The notes under the pieces were generated by a model. It ran no database searches and had not been told where the DNA came from. It worked only from the letters and a program-made list of their open reading frames with translations. From assembly GCA_030295235.1 (NCBI GenBank), contig AP026145.1:682001-746000 (forward strand): DNA of 64,000 nucleotides, in the 5' to 3' direction. A program made the translations under genes and the position numbers. Below are positions 10,250-22,439 of the stretch, piece after piece (the stretch's first letter is position 1; each line of letters begins with the position of its first letter). This DNA is from Fistulifera solaris. Its lineage: Eukaryota.

Positions 10250-11185
10250 TCATCTAATCCGGATGCCTTTGCTCAAAAAGATTTTCTTCTGCTCAGCAAG
10301 CACTCTCTGCAACGTCCGTACTCTGGCTTCTTGACGTTGTACCTTTTGAAAGGTATCTTCCCAGGATCGAGTGCCTTGTTCGATGAGCTGCAGCTGCTCT
10401 TTGGCCTCAATGAGACGTTCCCGAAAATATTGGACGCGTTCGGAAAAAATGGAAATGTATTCTTCCAGAGACCCAAAGAATAGTCTACTTGTCCGCGAGT
10501 TGGCAGAAGTTTGCAGTGCCATCCGAATGGTTTCAATGCGGTCCTTCAGTTCGGGAGTAAGATCTTCCCAGGCCTCGAGAAACTGTTCATCTCCGAGTGT
10601 GTCCATCATGTGACCTAGCGCTCGCTCCGACAACTGATGCAAATGAAGCTGATCGGCTAGCTGATACATGGAAAGACAGTTGGCAGAGCTCACGGACTCT
10701 AACAAAACCTCGACAATACTTTGAAGTACATATTCGCTTTGCAGATAATGAGCCATCTGACAGCAGTCGACAATGTTATTCTCCGAGACTGTGTCTATTT
10801 TCTTCGACTGATCGACCAACGCAAGAAAGTCTTCGACCGAGTCTTTTGAAAATTGTTCCAAAGAAAGATACATTTCGTCTTTTTCACTCGTCGTGGCGAA
10901 TGAATTCCATGACGAAGCCAGCGCAAAGACGGTGTCACACATTGACGCCAATGTCGTCAAGGAAACTCCTTCCAAGACACCATCTTGCGTACGAATCTGG
11001 ATCGTCCATCCGGTCCATTGTTGGATCATGGCTGCTTTTTCGTCGCGTCGCTTCTGTTCCATCGGATCGTGAAAGATGCGTTGATGCAGCGATTGGGCGT
11101 ATTCTTCTTCAGCGCGCAGTCGTGCGGCTTCTTCCTCCAAATGCACGGACGTGGGGGCGCACCCAACCCCCGCGTCCGCAACCAT
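10250..11185 (-). CDS. BTB/BACK-like domain protein with C-terminal coiled coil
   Basis: ENNIVDCCQMAHYLQ...VSSANCLSMYQLADQLHLHQLSERAL matches the BTB-BACK junction pattern. The start may instead be the ATG at 11189 (MDGCGRGGWVRP) with a 1-nt indel in a homopolymer. Confidence 0.7.
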   Translation of the reverse strand: MVADAGVGCAPTSVHLEEEAARLRAEEEYAQSLHQRIFHDPMEQKRRDEKAAMIQQWTGWTIQIRTQDGVLEGVSLTTLASMCDTVFALASSWNSFATTSEKDEMYLSLEQFSKDSVEDFLALVDQSKKIDTVSENNIVDCCQMAHYLQSEYVLQSIVEVLLESVSSANCLSMYQLADQLHLHQLSERALGHMMDTLGDEQFLEAWEDLTPELKDRIETIRMALQTSANSRTSRLFFGSLEEYISIFSERVQYFRERLIEAKEQLQLIEQGTRSWEDTFQKVQRQEARVRTLQRVLAEQKKIFLSKGIRIR

Positions 11186-11917
11186 CCATCGATATCATCA
11201 ATTCGTCGTTCCTCGGGAATGAGGTTCATCGGCGCCAACTTTCTATTTCGATTACTTTAGAGGAGATCATTCGATCTTTCTGAATGCGACGACAAATAAT
11301 AACATATGTCGTCGCATCGGGGTCGATCGTGAAAAAATATTCTTCATTCCGTCGAGTGAGTATGATCTATGATCTGGCGTCTGTGAAAACCAGTGTGTCG
11401 CAAAGTTTGATACTACAAAACCTCGCTAATCTTAAGGTCGCGGAAAGAGTGACCGCGAATGAATACAGTATGAAAACAATTGTGTAAAACTAGCTTAGTA
11501 CCGATGGCATCTTTGATGATACATTAGACTATGGAAAGCATTCACTTTGTACTTTTTACTGTAACGTAGAGTGTACATGGGGCATTAGCCGTCTTTCGCG
11601 GAAACGGGGGTCTTTTGCTGTGAAGGCCTTTTCCAACTTCATCCGCAATAGGACGGCGCGAACAACGCGTTTTCGTTATTGCCATGCTTCCTGTTCGAAA
11701 CGTAATGCGAGCTTCAAATAATAGAAGCATCAATGTTGAATGGAAATATCATTGATGTTACCGCTAAATACTGAATGAAAAGCTTTCATCATGGCAACTG
11801 CACATAAGAGGACGCTGTTTCATCAGCTGGTGGGTTTGAACAAACAGGATGACACGTTTCACAGCATGATGGAGAGTTGTGCTAGCTTTGAAACACTTGG
11901 CGTACCTTCTGTCGAAA

Positions 11918-14566
11918 ATGAAAGGGCAGCTCGGAGGACTATCTCTTCTAGGGTATCGCAACTCAAAAAAGAAACTAGCGACAAAAAAGCGTGACACGGA
12001 TTCTCCTCATGAATTTCTGGATGGTGAAATGAATTCCAGCTCGGCAAAGCCGAAACATTCGTCGGCAAGAAGTGGAAGTAAAAGTCCCGCACCGAGGAGA
12101 GGCACGGGCGATACGGAAAGTCAAAGTGACTTGGACTCGGTTGGCGGTAAAGATGTGGACGATATGGTGAATGAAAAAGTTAGCGCGAATCACGGGGATG
12201 TGGATGACTCAACCAAGCGGAAACGAAGGACCTTTTTCGGTGCGTTTTTGTTGCCGGGACACAACAGTAATAAAACACTTGATCCGCAAAACTCAACAAA
12301 ATCGCTGGAACACGACCCAGCGCCCAAACCGCATCCTCTGAATGAAAGCATTTCTTCGAAGCAAGAGACTCATCCTTTGAATCAAAGCTTATCTTCCAAA
12401 CAGCACGAAAGCCCTAGAAAAGTACGCAGTAAGAGACCGGAAGGTGAGCCGAGTCCCCCCGGCGAAAAGAGACGCAGCCGAAAATTGACCGAAAAGAAAA
12501 AGTTGGAAAGCGACTCGGATCAGTCACAGGGGAATTTGCACATGAGCCACGGCAAATCACTCCTTCAGGAAGGTGACAGCGACTTGCCTAGTCCTTTGCA
12601 AGGAAGTCAGCGATCCCGTCTGGCTGCAAGTCACACGTCTTTGAAAAATAATACGGACAGTGCGGTAACCGAAACGTCCACAAGTCCACGGCGATCGCCT
12701 CGCAGCAGGAAACGAAGTGAAACGGAACATCACGTAGAGAAGCGTAAGACGAGGCGGTCTTTGTCGCCACGAAGACGGCTCAAGCAACCATCGAGCGAAG
12801 GGGAGGTTGACAACCCAAAAGAAGCTGCGTTATCCCCGTCAAAGTCACCAAAGAAAAGAGGATCGTCTCCAAGACGTAGGCAGCTATCTCAGGAGCTCTC
12901 AATTTTGCGAGAAAAGACTGACATTGATCTTTCGTTGAAAACGCCAGTGATGGATGAAATGGATATGGGGAACGTATTGGTTGCACGAGCTGCGAGTGAG
13001 GGGAACAATAGCGAGCAGGATGAAAGAGCTACTCCGGATAGGAATGTTGACGCCAGTGTGGAGAACGAGAGTTTGAAACGGCAGAGCTCCGACGACAATC
13101 ATGTGAACGAATCTAGTCAAAAAGGCGATGCTGCTGTTCGGGTCAGGAAAAGTAGACAAGATAGCGAAAAGTCCCCCACCAGACGGAGTAGATCAGTGAC
13201 AGCTATCGTTCGAACAAGGCATGTCTCGAAATCTAGAGACCTTTCACTAAGCCCTGACAAACAGCGCCATAGGAGCACACGAGAATCTAGTGGGGAAGAG
13301 CGTCGCTCCCATGTGTCGAGTCGCGTGAAAGATTTATCCATGAAACTTGAACAGGCTTCCGAGAAACGACCCCGTGGTTCGTCGGCGAGTTTGAGTCCGA
13401 GGAAAGAGTCCACTCTGAATAATATGCTAGAGGCAGCTACCCATCTCGCAGATCGAAAGTGTCTGACGGTTGTTTCACCACAGGATTACGAGAAAAAGAA
13501 AAAAGGAACAAAAGGAGATGACGATTTAGCAAACCAGTCACCTTTGAATGCCACGGACACCACGAAAAGGATTTTGAAACGAACTTCGCCGAAAAAGTCA
13601 CCAGATAATGTGGCAACGTCGCCAAGAAGATCTACCCCTCCACCAAAGGTGCTGAAGCCGTTGGAATCCTCAAAATCTGCTTCAAAGAAGTCTCCAAGTT
13701 CTTCCAGAAAACCTATGATAGAAGCTGAAGAAAGTCACAAAGTAAAGGAAGCTGAACGAGGCTCGGAAGACGACGCGCGGGGTAGAGCACGACATAGAGT
13801 GGAGCAGCTGAAGTTGGAGAAAAACGAAGTGCAGCAACGAAGGCCCAGATCCAGTAGTAGACATAAAAAAGAGAGAGAAACGGAAGCATCGTTTGAACAA
13901 CACACAGCGAATCGAACCCACTCAAAATCGCTGAGTAAGTCATCCGATGATGCTTTGAACCAATCTCAGTCGAAGTCTCCACGAACAATTTTGAAGAAGA
14001 TTACTCGGCCGTCTAGTCCGAGTAAAGGCACTAAAGCGTCCCCAGTCGCATTAGATGATTCGGAACGAGATTCAAACCTCCGTAAATCGCCGATACATAT
14101 TGATGTCCAGCCAACGAAAGATATTCACTCATCACAAATTAAGATGTCGACGCATTCAATGCCCGAGAAAAGCGACGTGCAACGGTTTCGTCGTCCTGTG
14201 TCTAACTCACCAGGACGACATGCTGCTGAAATTCACGGTCAACGTAAAAATGGGCAGAAAGGATCAGGCGACACAGAAAAAATTTCTAAGAGAAATGAAC
14301 AGCTCATACGCAGGGTTATATCTGCTCGCAATTTAGACGGCCATCAATCATCGCACCATTTTGAAGTTGAAGAACTGACAAAGTCAGGAACTGTGGTGAA
14401 ACGGAAATTGAAAGTTGTTTCAGCAAGTGATGTCGAGACTCTTGGCTCGATGGTACTCCAGAAAGATACGGGCCGTGGTACTCCTAAACATAAGAAGGGA
14501 CATGCATCCCCAGTAGCTGCACAATTGCATATTCCTGACTTGGACGAGTCGCAAAAAGCAATTTAA
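11918..14566 (+). CDS. Low-complexity Ser/Lys/Arg/Pro-rich, probably disordered protein
   Basis: Uninterrupted ORF of about 880 aa with many SP, SPR and SPK motifs; no folded domain recognised. Confidence 0.75.
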   Translation: MKGQLGGLSLLGYRNSKKKLATKKRDTDSPHEFLDGEMNSSSAKPKHSSARSGSKSPAPRRGTGDTESQSDLDSVGGKDVDDMVNEKVSANHGDVDDSTKRKRRTFFGAFLLPGHNSNKTLDPQNSTKSLEHDPAPKPHPLNESISSKQETHPLNQSLSSKQHESPRKVRSKRPEGEPSPPGEKRRSRKLTEKKKLESDSDQSQGNLHMSHGKSLLQEGDSDLPSPLQGSQRSRLAASHTSLKNNTDSAVTETSTSPRRSPRSRKRSETEHHVEKRKTRRSLSPRRRLKQPSSEGEVDNPKEAALSPSKSPKKRGSSPRRRQLSQELSILREKTDIDLSLKTPVMDEMDMGNVLVARAASEGNNSEQDERATPDRNVDASVENESLKRQSSDDNHVNESSQKGDAAVRVRKSRQDSEKSPTRRSRSVTAIVRTRHVSKSRDLSLSPDKQRHRSTRESSGEERRSHVSSRVKDLSMKLEQASEKRPRGSSASLSPRKESTLNNMLEAATHLADRKCLTVVSPQDYEKKKKGTKGDDDLANQSPLNATDTTKRILKRTSPKKSPDNVATSPRRSTPPPKVLKPLESSKSASKKSPSSSRKPMIEAEESHKVKEAERGSEDDARGRARHRVEQLKLEKNEVQQRRPRSSSRHKKERETEASFEQHTANRTHSKSLSKSSDDALNQSQSKSPRTILKKITRPSSPSKGTKASPVALDDSERDSNLRKSPIHIDVQPTKDIHSSQIKMSTHSMPEKSDVQRFRRPVSNSPGRHAAEIHGQRKNGQKGSGDTEKISKRNEQLIRRVISARNLDGHQSSHHFEVEELTKSGTVVKRKLKVVSASDVETLGSMVLQKDTGRGTPKHKKGHASPVAAQLHIPDLDESQKAI

Positions 14567-14727
14567 AAGTCAAGTATACTGAATACAATGAGATATCCAT
14601 GTTGGACAACTATGTGGATGATGTCGAGGAGAGTGACAGTGTACAATAAGCAGTAAGTTTACAAATTTTTCGTTCAAGATTTTTCCCCATTGCCATAATG
14701 TTTCGTTAGCTTTTCTGTTGATGAATT

Positions 14728-17700
14728 CTACAATGACTGGGAGAAATGAATGGCCGATAAGCTCGTATACTCATCGGCGTAGGCAGCAAGTAAAGCGTCC
14801 AAGTCAATATGTTCGAGATCAACGCCTGCCGTTTCACGCGGTTTCGTCGCAAAAAGATCCAATAGTTTGTCCGTTCCCATCTGAAACATAGTTGAATTGT
14901 CTGCGTTCACTAGTGCGTCGCTGACCTTTAGTTTTTGATTTTGTATCAACTGGATTGATTCCTCTATTGAGTCTTTCGTGATTAATTTGAAAACACGCAC
15001 GCTGTCATTTTGCCCAATGCGATGCGCGCGATCAATAGCCTTCTCAATTACGCAGGTCAGTGCAAATCTGCGGGTTTTTCTCAACGACATAGAGTCTTAC
15101 CTGAAGGTCGGCGAAAGGGTTAAAATCAGACTCGAGCATTATTACCATATTTGCCCCTGGAACAAAGTAAGAATTAGTTTGTACTGCTCCATATGACAAT
15201 ACGCCTCATCACTCCTCACCAGTTAAGTTCAAGCCCAAACTTCCAACTCTTGTTGTCAAGAGCATGATTGAGACAGATTTATCTGTATTGAAACCCTCTG
15301 CTAGTGCTGCTCTCTTTTCCGTAGGTACCTTTCCGTCGATTCGTGAATACTTTACCGACGGAAATTTTAGCTTTAGTAGCATGTTTTCGACGATATCTAA
15401 CGTCCTTGTGAATTGTGCGAAAATCAAACATCTCGTATCACCAAATCGCTCAACGTTCTCTGCTTCAACAAAATCGTTATGCGAGATCATCTGGCTCGAA
15501 AGATCCTCGCACTCGTCCTCGGGCAAATCTGAATAAAGTGCTGAATAATCGCCATCCGCTCCCATAGCCTGCTCTGAGAGTATTCCAGCTTCTGAAAGCA
15601 AGTACTGAAGAGCAGATATTTTTCCCGACGACTCGATCGAATACAACAGAGGCACCACTTTTTCGCTCGCTTTGTGTTGTTCTGGGAGTACGAGCGTTGG
15701 GTGAGAACATAGCAACCGCAGGAAAAGAATCGTTTTCAAAACGCCAGAGCCCATCTTAGCCGGGTCCATTTTTTCGGAAACAAGCATGCTTTCGAACCAT
15801 CGCAGGCTCTCTTGGGCCTCGGAGCGCGAACAAAACTCTGCGTAGACCTCCTTTTGTATCGGACTCAATGGCACATTGAACACCGTGATTATCTTTGGAG
15901 GTAACTCACGAAGAACTTGTTCTTTCTCTCTTCGGAGTATAAATGGGAGCGTTTGCTGATGAAGAATTTTAAGCTTCGAATTGCCTTCTTGCACGTCTAA
16001 TGTCGATGCTGTCGGTAGCTGGCTTTTCATTATTGGACGTGCATAGGTCTTAATGAAAGCTGCCGCACTACCAAGATAGTTCGGCATCAGAAAGTCGAAC
16101 ATCGCCCATACTTCATTAACGTTGTTCTGAACTGGTGTACCTGTCAAGACAAGCCTATGTTGAGCGCGGAGCTTCTTTGATGCCATTGCGGTGGCTTTAG
16201 ATGGTGTCAGAAACAGACGGAATTGAGGCACCTCGTACAACACGATGAGTCATCGTACCTGTTTTCGGATTTTTCAGTAAATGGCCTTCGTCTAAAACGC
16301 AATACATCCATTCGCGCTCACAGAACGTATCAACTTCACTTCTTAGCACCGAATAGCTTGTCACGATAATATTACAACCAGTAAACTTCTCTGATTTGAG
16401 CGCCTGACGCGTAGCCAGACTTCCGGAGTACAGCAAAGGGGGAGAAAACGTTCCCCAATGGGAAATATTTTTTAATTTCGTTTATCCAATGTCCTCCAAC
16501 GCTTGATGGGCAAACAATCAGTGACTTTGGTTCTTCGTTAAAAGCCCCATCTTTTCGATTGTCGTGATCATAGTGTGCGAGAGCCACAGCTATGAGGGCC
16601 TGAAGTGTCTTTCCAAGCCCCATACTATCACAAAGAGATCCGTTCAGACGAAGTGACTGAAGGAATCTCAACCATGATATGCCCTCTTTTTGGTAATCGC
16701 GTAGAATTATTTGACTGTTGGACAGCTCGTCGGTCACAAAGGTGGGCAGCTCGTAATTTGGAATCGGTAGTCCAAATATCAAGTGGTCGATTACATTCTC
16801 GCACACTGGTTCAAGACCACATTCTTGGAAAGAAACTGTTGTTGTGGACTGAGCAAATGGTGCATTTAAAACAAGGATTGAAAAAATGCTTGATGCTAAG
16901 TGAGAACACGCCTGGCTTGTATTGCACATGAGTTGCATCACAGAAGGCAGTAGCACGCGAACAAATAGGCAGACGGCAGTACCGCAGCCTTCCACGACAT
17001 CTTTCAAAGTAATTGTCACCAATAAAAGCCGTGATTCTTCGGCTTCTGAGGATAGTCGTGGAAGAAGAAGCCGAAGAATACGCTTCATTAGTAATGTTCC
17101 ATCCAGTTTACAGAGGGCACGCAAAATAGAGGAAGCCATCTTTCTCATATCATCGTGATCGTCTTTATCAACACAAGCTTCCTCTACCAAAGCAGGAGCG
17201 AAAGTCGCAATCAGGTACGCACTAATGGGCGTATCCGGTTGTAACCTTTCACAAACTATGCGTAAAAGGGACAACCCTTTTCTTTGATCAGGCGTCGTGT
17301 CGCTTGATGTAGACACGCAAGCAATCTTTGGCCAAAGTGGACTGCTAAGAAGATCTTCTACCGAGCTCAGACGTCTAACATACGAGGATAAAACGTCGCT
17401 TGCAACATCGCTTCGAATTGCGTTGCCCTCCTCGTCCTCTGATATGGCTATTTCACATAATTTGCTGATAACTTTGGTAAGGGTCGTCGAATGCATGCTC
17501 GGATCCATCTTTTCTAATAGAACTGTAAAAGCTGACGTAAGAATGGAAATGCGATCTCCGGTTTGCTGTTCGTTTAGGAGGGACGTCATCAACGGACGGA
17601 TAATGGGCGTCAGTTTAGCTGGGAAGCAGGCCATAACAATTGCACCCGCAATCAACGTTTCAATACGCATTGTCAGCAAGCTTGACATTTTTGAATACTT

Positions 17701-20007
17701 TTCCGGAATTGTGTACCCGCGTCTGAGAAGTTCTTCCGTCCATAAAGCTTTGTATCTCTCTCCAGATGCGCCTTGAGTTGTTTCATGAAACGTTGTTAAA
17801 AATGTTTTGAACGCTACTCTGCAATTGGAGACAAAAGAGTGCTCGAACGTAGCATTTTGTAAACCAGGATTCTGACAAACATACAAACAAGTGGGTGAAT
17901 TTCCATTTAAAAACTGAAGCAGAAGGTCGTTTGTCTCCCGTTGACTGAAGGCCTGAGATTTCTCGCATAGGCAACTGTATAATAAACTAGAAGCTTCGAA
18001 CTGATAGATCAACGGAGATTGGAGAAACATCCGAATGATACTTCCGTGTTTGAGAATTGCCATTTCCCATTCTGTGGAAACGACAAAAGTGGCTAGTGCT
18101 CCCGCCAGACGGAGAGGAAGGACAGCCTCATCCTTTACCATTTTGCGCTTACTATCCCAATAATAGAACAACAACAACTCGTTTTCCAACATCTTGAAAA
18201 GCAACGTGGAGCGATGTTGAATCAGTCTGCATATATCAGAAAGAAGATCCCAAATGGCTGATTGTTCCGCTTCTATTATATAATTGACATTGTCGTCTTT
18301 CTCGGTGGATTCCTTGGGTGCTGTAAGCATGACGAATATCCGCTGTATAAGCTGACAGAACACACTTAAATCATCATCAGTAATGAAAGGTGACTTGCTC
18401 GAAAGATTTGTCTTGTAAACAGCTGAGAGAGATTTGACGGCCCTCAGGCAAGCCAGTCGAACCGAACCAAACTCTGAGTCGAGACGCGACAAAAGGATCT
18501 TCGTTAACTCGCCAAGATTCTCCATCACTACATCAGGACATTCGGGATAATTTGAAGCGCTCCCCTCCAAGAACGTAGCAAGAAGCTCCATTAGGTCAAC
18601 CAAAGAGGACGAAACATCCGCTGCATCTCGAGCAGATTTGATCACGATAGGGAAAGCCTCTGTAAAATAGAGTGGAATATGGTGTGAGCCTCGCATGCGC
18701 TCAAGAAGCAGCTGTGCAGCAGATCCCTTCACATCGTCGCTTTCGTCACCAAGTGACTGAACTGCAGTATGCCACAAAGTCTCTGGCAAGACTCTGTTAT
18801 CGATCTCTCGTGCTTCGCCCGTTTCCGATGATTGAAGTACAACCAAAATGTATTTCAAGCAAGTCAACGCTCCATGTCGTGGTTCCCAGCTGTCCTTGTA
18901 CTCCGCGAGCTTCTGCAAAACCTTTAATGTGTTTGACTTTTCCGCGCTTGACGCTAGCTGAAAGAGTAAAGAAATCAATTGGCCGGCTAGCTCGCGAACC
19001 GGAGCAACTACGCCACCCGTCCGGCACTCTGTGTCCGCAATCATGGCTCCTGCAAAATCACCAAATCGATCCAGCGCTAGTACACAAAGCGCACGTGAAA
19101 GCACATCCTGCAACCAAAGCCCCAACGCAGCTGTCTCGGTAGTATACGACTTCCTCCAAGCTCGTATCAAGCTGATTAACCCCAGCAATGCACCGTGACG
19201 GCGATGCCAAGCCGAATCAAACATTCGAAAAACTAACTCGGATGCCAGTAACTCTTGTGGATTGCGATGTGAAACATTGTTCGCTTCATTCGATCCCAAC
19301 GTATGATTGATTTCGGAAACGAGCAGATCACACACGGAAAAGGATTCGTTCGAAGATTTCGCGTCTTTTCTTCTTTTCTTGGCAGCTTGAATTTTCGTTT
19401 CGGCGTAAAATGCTTTCACGTCACTGACGCCTAGTCCAGAGTTACCCCCAATCACTTCGGTTATTTTAGCAAGTCCTAATCGTTCCGCCATTATTTGTCG
19501 TTGAAGAGCCATTCTTCTTTGCATGCGGCTTTTTCGACTAGTTTCATCGGAATCATCATCTCGAAGCTCCTGGTCATAGTCGTATCGCTCAAAGGATGTT
19601 GAATACAAGGCTTGTCCTTGCTCCAGAATTCTTTCGAGCGTCGAATTGGACAACAAATCATCTACGCGCAAGTAATGATACGCCGTTGGATCTTGAAAGG
19701 TGGATTGCATAAAGTTCACTTGGTCGCTGACGGGCAATTGTTGCGATACACCTTGCAAGGCATCGGCCGCTTGCGTTCGCGTCTTCCACGTAGGCGACGT
19801 GAGTCCTTCCTGCAGTCGACCCAGAATTTCCCACAATTGTGTGGGACTGCCAGTACAGCGTTGAAGATGAAACGAAGCTTCCTCTGCATGTTCGACCGTG
19901 CCCTCTAACACGAGGCGGAGGAGTCGTAGCGTATGTGGTGATAACGATGAAGGTGGAGAACTGCTCGCTTTACGCGACGACTCGACCGATTCGGAACAGC
20001 GTTTCAT
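14728..20007 (-). CDS. BTAF1: TBP-associated SNF2 ATPase BTAF1/Mot1; three introns and one 1-nt frameshift (16438-16442)
   Basis: N-terminal WKTRTQAA, WHRRHGA, LDRFGDF...VVAPVRE and PAKLTPIIRPLM. SNF2 motifs LRDYQKEG, DSMGLGKT, DEGH, LTGTPVQN, LIFAQ and AIDRAHRIGQ. Intron 16195-16258 was checked in frame. Confidence 0.95.
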
Positions 20008-20261
20008 GCTAACACTCCAAAGTATTCAACATCAATGTTTTTTTCTGACTTCAATGCACATTTCTTTTCTTGGATATGTTTCTTTTGCGATGTTTGATTC
20101 GATTTGCGTCTCATTTGTTTTCGTGAAAAAAGCGAGCACAGCGCGAACTCCAATGAACATCTCATCGTACCGGTACCCAACGGGCTTCACTGTAGGCACA
20201 AAATGTAGCAGGAATCTTTCATGATTGGATTCAATCATGAATCATTCAAATTTGTTAGGAG

Positions 20262-20457
20262 TACTCCGTACTGTTTAGTTTAGAGGGATTTCGTCTTAGT
20301 TATCAATTGAAGAAGCTGCATCGCTGCCCTTTTTAAGTGATACATCTTCACTTGGTCGTGGCATTGCGGTTAATTCTGCTATCTGTGACGGATTAGTTCG
20401 TATGAGTGTATGTACAAGACCTTATTTGTTTTATGTTTCTTTCCCTTGTACGGAGTA
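20262..20457. repeat. 196-bp interval bounded by perfect 10-bp inverted repeats ending in TA (possible Tc1/mariner-type MITE)
   Basis: TACTCCGTAC (20262-20271) is the exact reverse complement of GTACGGAGTA (20448-20457). Confidence 0.4.
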
Positions 20458-20526
20458 GTACTTTTCAATAGCGTAACAAACTTTTAATAAACATTTAGCA
20501 AGTTGTAAATCACAGGTATATCCAAC

Positions 20527-22439
20527 CTACTTCGTTGGCTTACGGTTGTGTTGCATGTGAGCTGCTACCACTGAAAAAAAAAGAAGGTATCGGTGAGTTG
20601 ATATTTGTTCGCCAGAACCCATCTGTCAACAGATACGTACAGGTGTTGGCAGCCAAGGCGGCCAAAAGACTCAGCTCTCCCGCCATGGTGGCGGAGGCAA
20701 TGACCTTGGCGAGTCGTTGCGCATTGTCGCCGGGATTGGCTCCACCGCCTTGGCAACCCAACGCCTTGAGACACGCGGCTTGTGCCGCCAAGGAAGTACC
20801 TCCTCCCACGGTTCCCACTTCAATACTGGGCATTGTACAAGAAATCCACAAATCGCCGCTTTCGGTCTCTTCCATGAGAGTAATACAATTGCTCGATTCG
20901 ACGTTCTGAGCGGGGTCTTGACCCGTGGCGAGGAATATTGCGGAGACAATATTCGAGGCATGCGCATTAAAACCACCAATGACCCCGGCCATGGCACTTC
21001 CAACTAGATTCTTGTTCAAATTGGTTTCAACAATGGCGGGAACCGTGGTCTTGAGGGTCTTTCGCACAACATCTTTGGGAATCGTCGCTTCCACGACAAC
21101 CGACTTGCCTCGACCTTCCAGCCAGTTGGTGGCCGCCGCTTTCTTGTCGGTGCACATATTACCCGACAGCGCCACGAGCGACAGTTCGGGAAATTCTTTT
21201 CGGAGGCACTCAATCACAGCCAACGTTCCTTTGGAAACCATATTCATACCCATGGCATCTCCGGAGAAACAAACGAGTCGCAAATAAACGTTCTTTCCCG
21301 CGATCGTTGCTTTGCATTCGTGTAACTTGCCAAAGGAAGTGGTCGATTCAAAGGCGGCCTTCATCTGCACAAAGTTCTCGGGCGTTTCACACCACAGTTT
21401 CAATTGCGCGGCGGCCATGGCGGTTGGCATGCGGATACAGGGCGCGCGGGTGATGCCATCGCGCACAATTTGTGCCAAGGCTCCTCCACCTTCGGTGATC
21501 GCCTTGGCCCCACGATTGGTACTGGCCACGAGACAACCTTCCGTGGTCGCCATGGGAATGTAGAAGGACTCGCCATTAATGGTCAAGGGACCGATGATGC
21601 CCACCGGTAGTGGAACATAGCCGACCACAATTTCACAATTGGCGCCATGGACGCGACTGTAATCCAAATCCGTCTCGTAGGGTAGGCCTTCCAGCGCTCC
21701 GGAGTGTCCTAACGAGGCGAGCTTTTGCTCGACCACAAGGCGGCGGACGGTGACCGCGCGATGACAATCCAATTGTTTCTCGAGTTCGTGATCTTTGATC
21801 TGGTTCGTGAATACCAGTTGAGCAATCTCCGCATCCTTTTTATCCTTGATATCTTCTATGATGAGTAATTTGTTTTGCTTTGACTGGATCGCATCGGAGC
21901 AAATGGGAGTCGACGATGCGGGAGGATGAATTTTGGAACTAACAAGAGACATACATGTTAGCTTCATCGAAGAATGAATCATCACTGAAACATCCTCCAA
22001 AGAATGATACTGCTTACCTTTTCGTCACGGGCGTCGACACAGTTTCCGAATCCTCGAGATCATGAACAAACATGACTCCAAAGAAGCCGAAAAAGTAGCA
22101 CAGCAACAGCGACCACGCCATGAGAAATTGGCACAACACATTCGAATCATAGGCAGTCGCATTGAGTGAAAATTCTGCCACCGAACAAGCAAAGGCCACC
22201 ACCACCAGCATGTTGATCCACCGAAAAAGGTGCCACTGGGGTTCGGGGCCTTCTTTCTGGCGCGGCACGCGTTGGACCGCCGTTTTTTGCCACTCGGGCA
22301 GTTCCGGTTGCTCCGCCAACGACAGAATGCCCCAACAACCAAACACGGTCACACCGACAATGACGCCGTACAGTTGATTGCTGGACACGGATACGAAGCT
22401 GCTCAATGCTTGACTCAGCTGTAAGCGCAATGACTCCAT
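20527..22439 (-). CDS. HMGR: 3-hydroxy-3-methylglutaryl-CoA reductase (class I), two introns
   Basis: GANCEIVVGY, PMATTEGCLVASTNRG, GDAMGMNM and GTVGGGT. The spliced C-terminus AANTLVAAHMQHNRKPTK* contains the catalytic His; the N-terminal exon carries TM helices. Confidence 0.97.
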
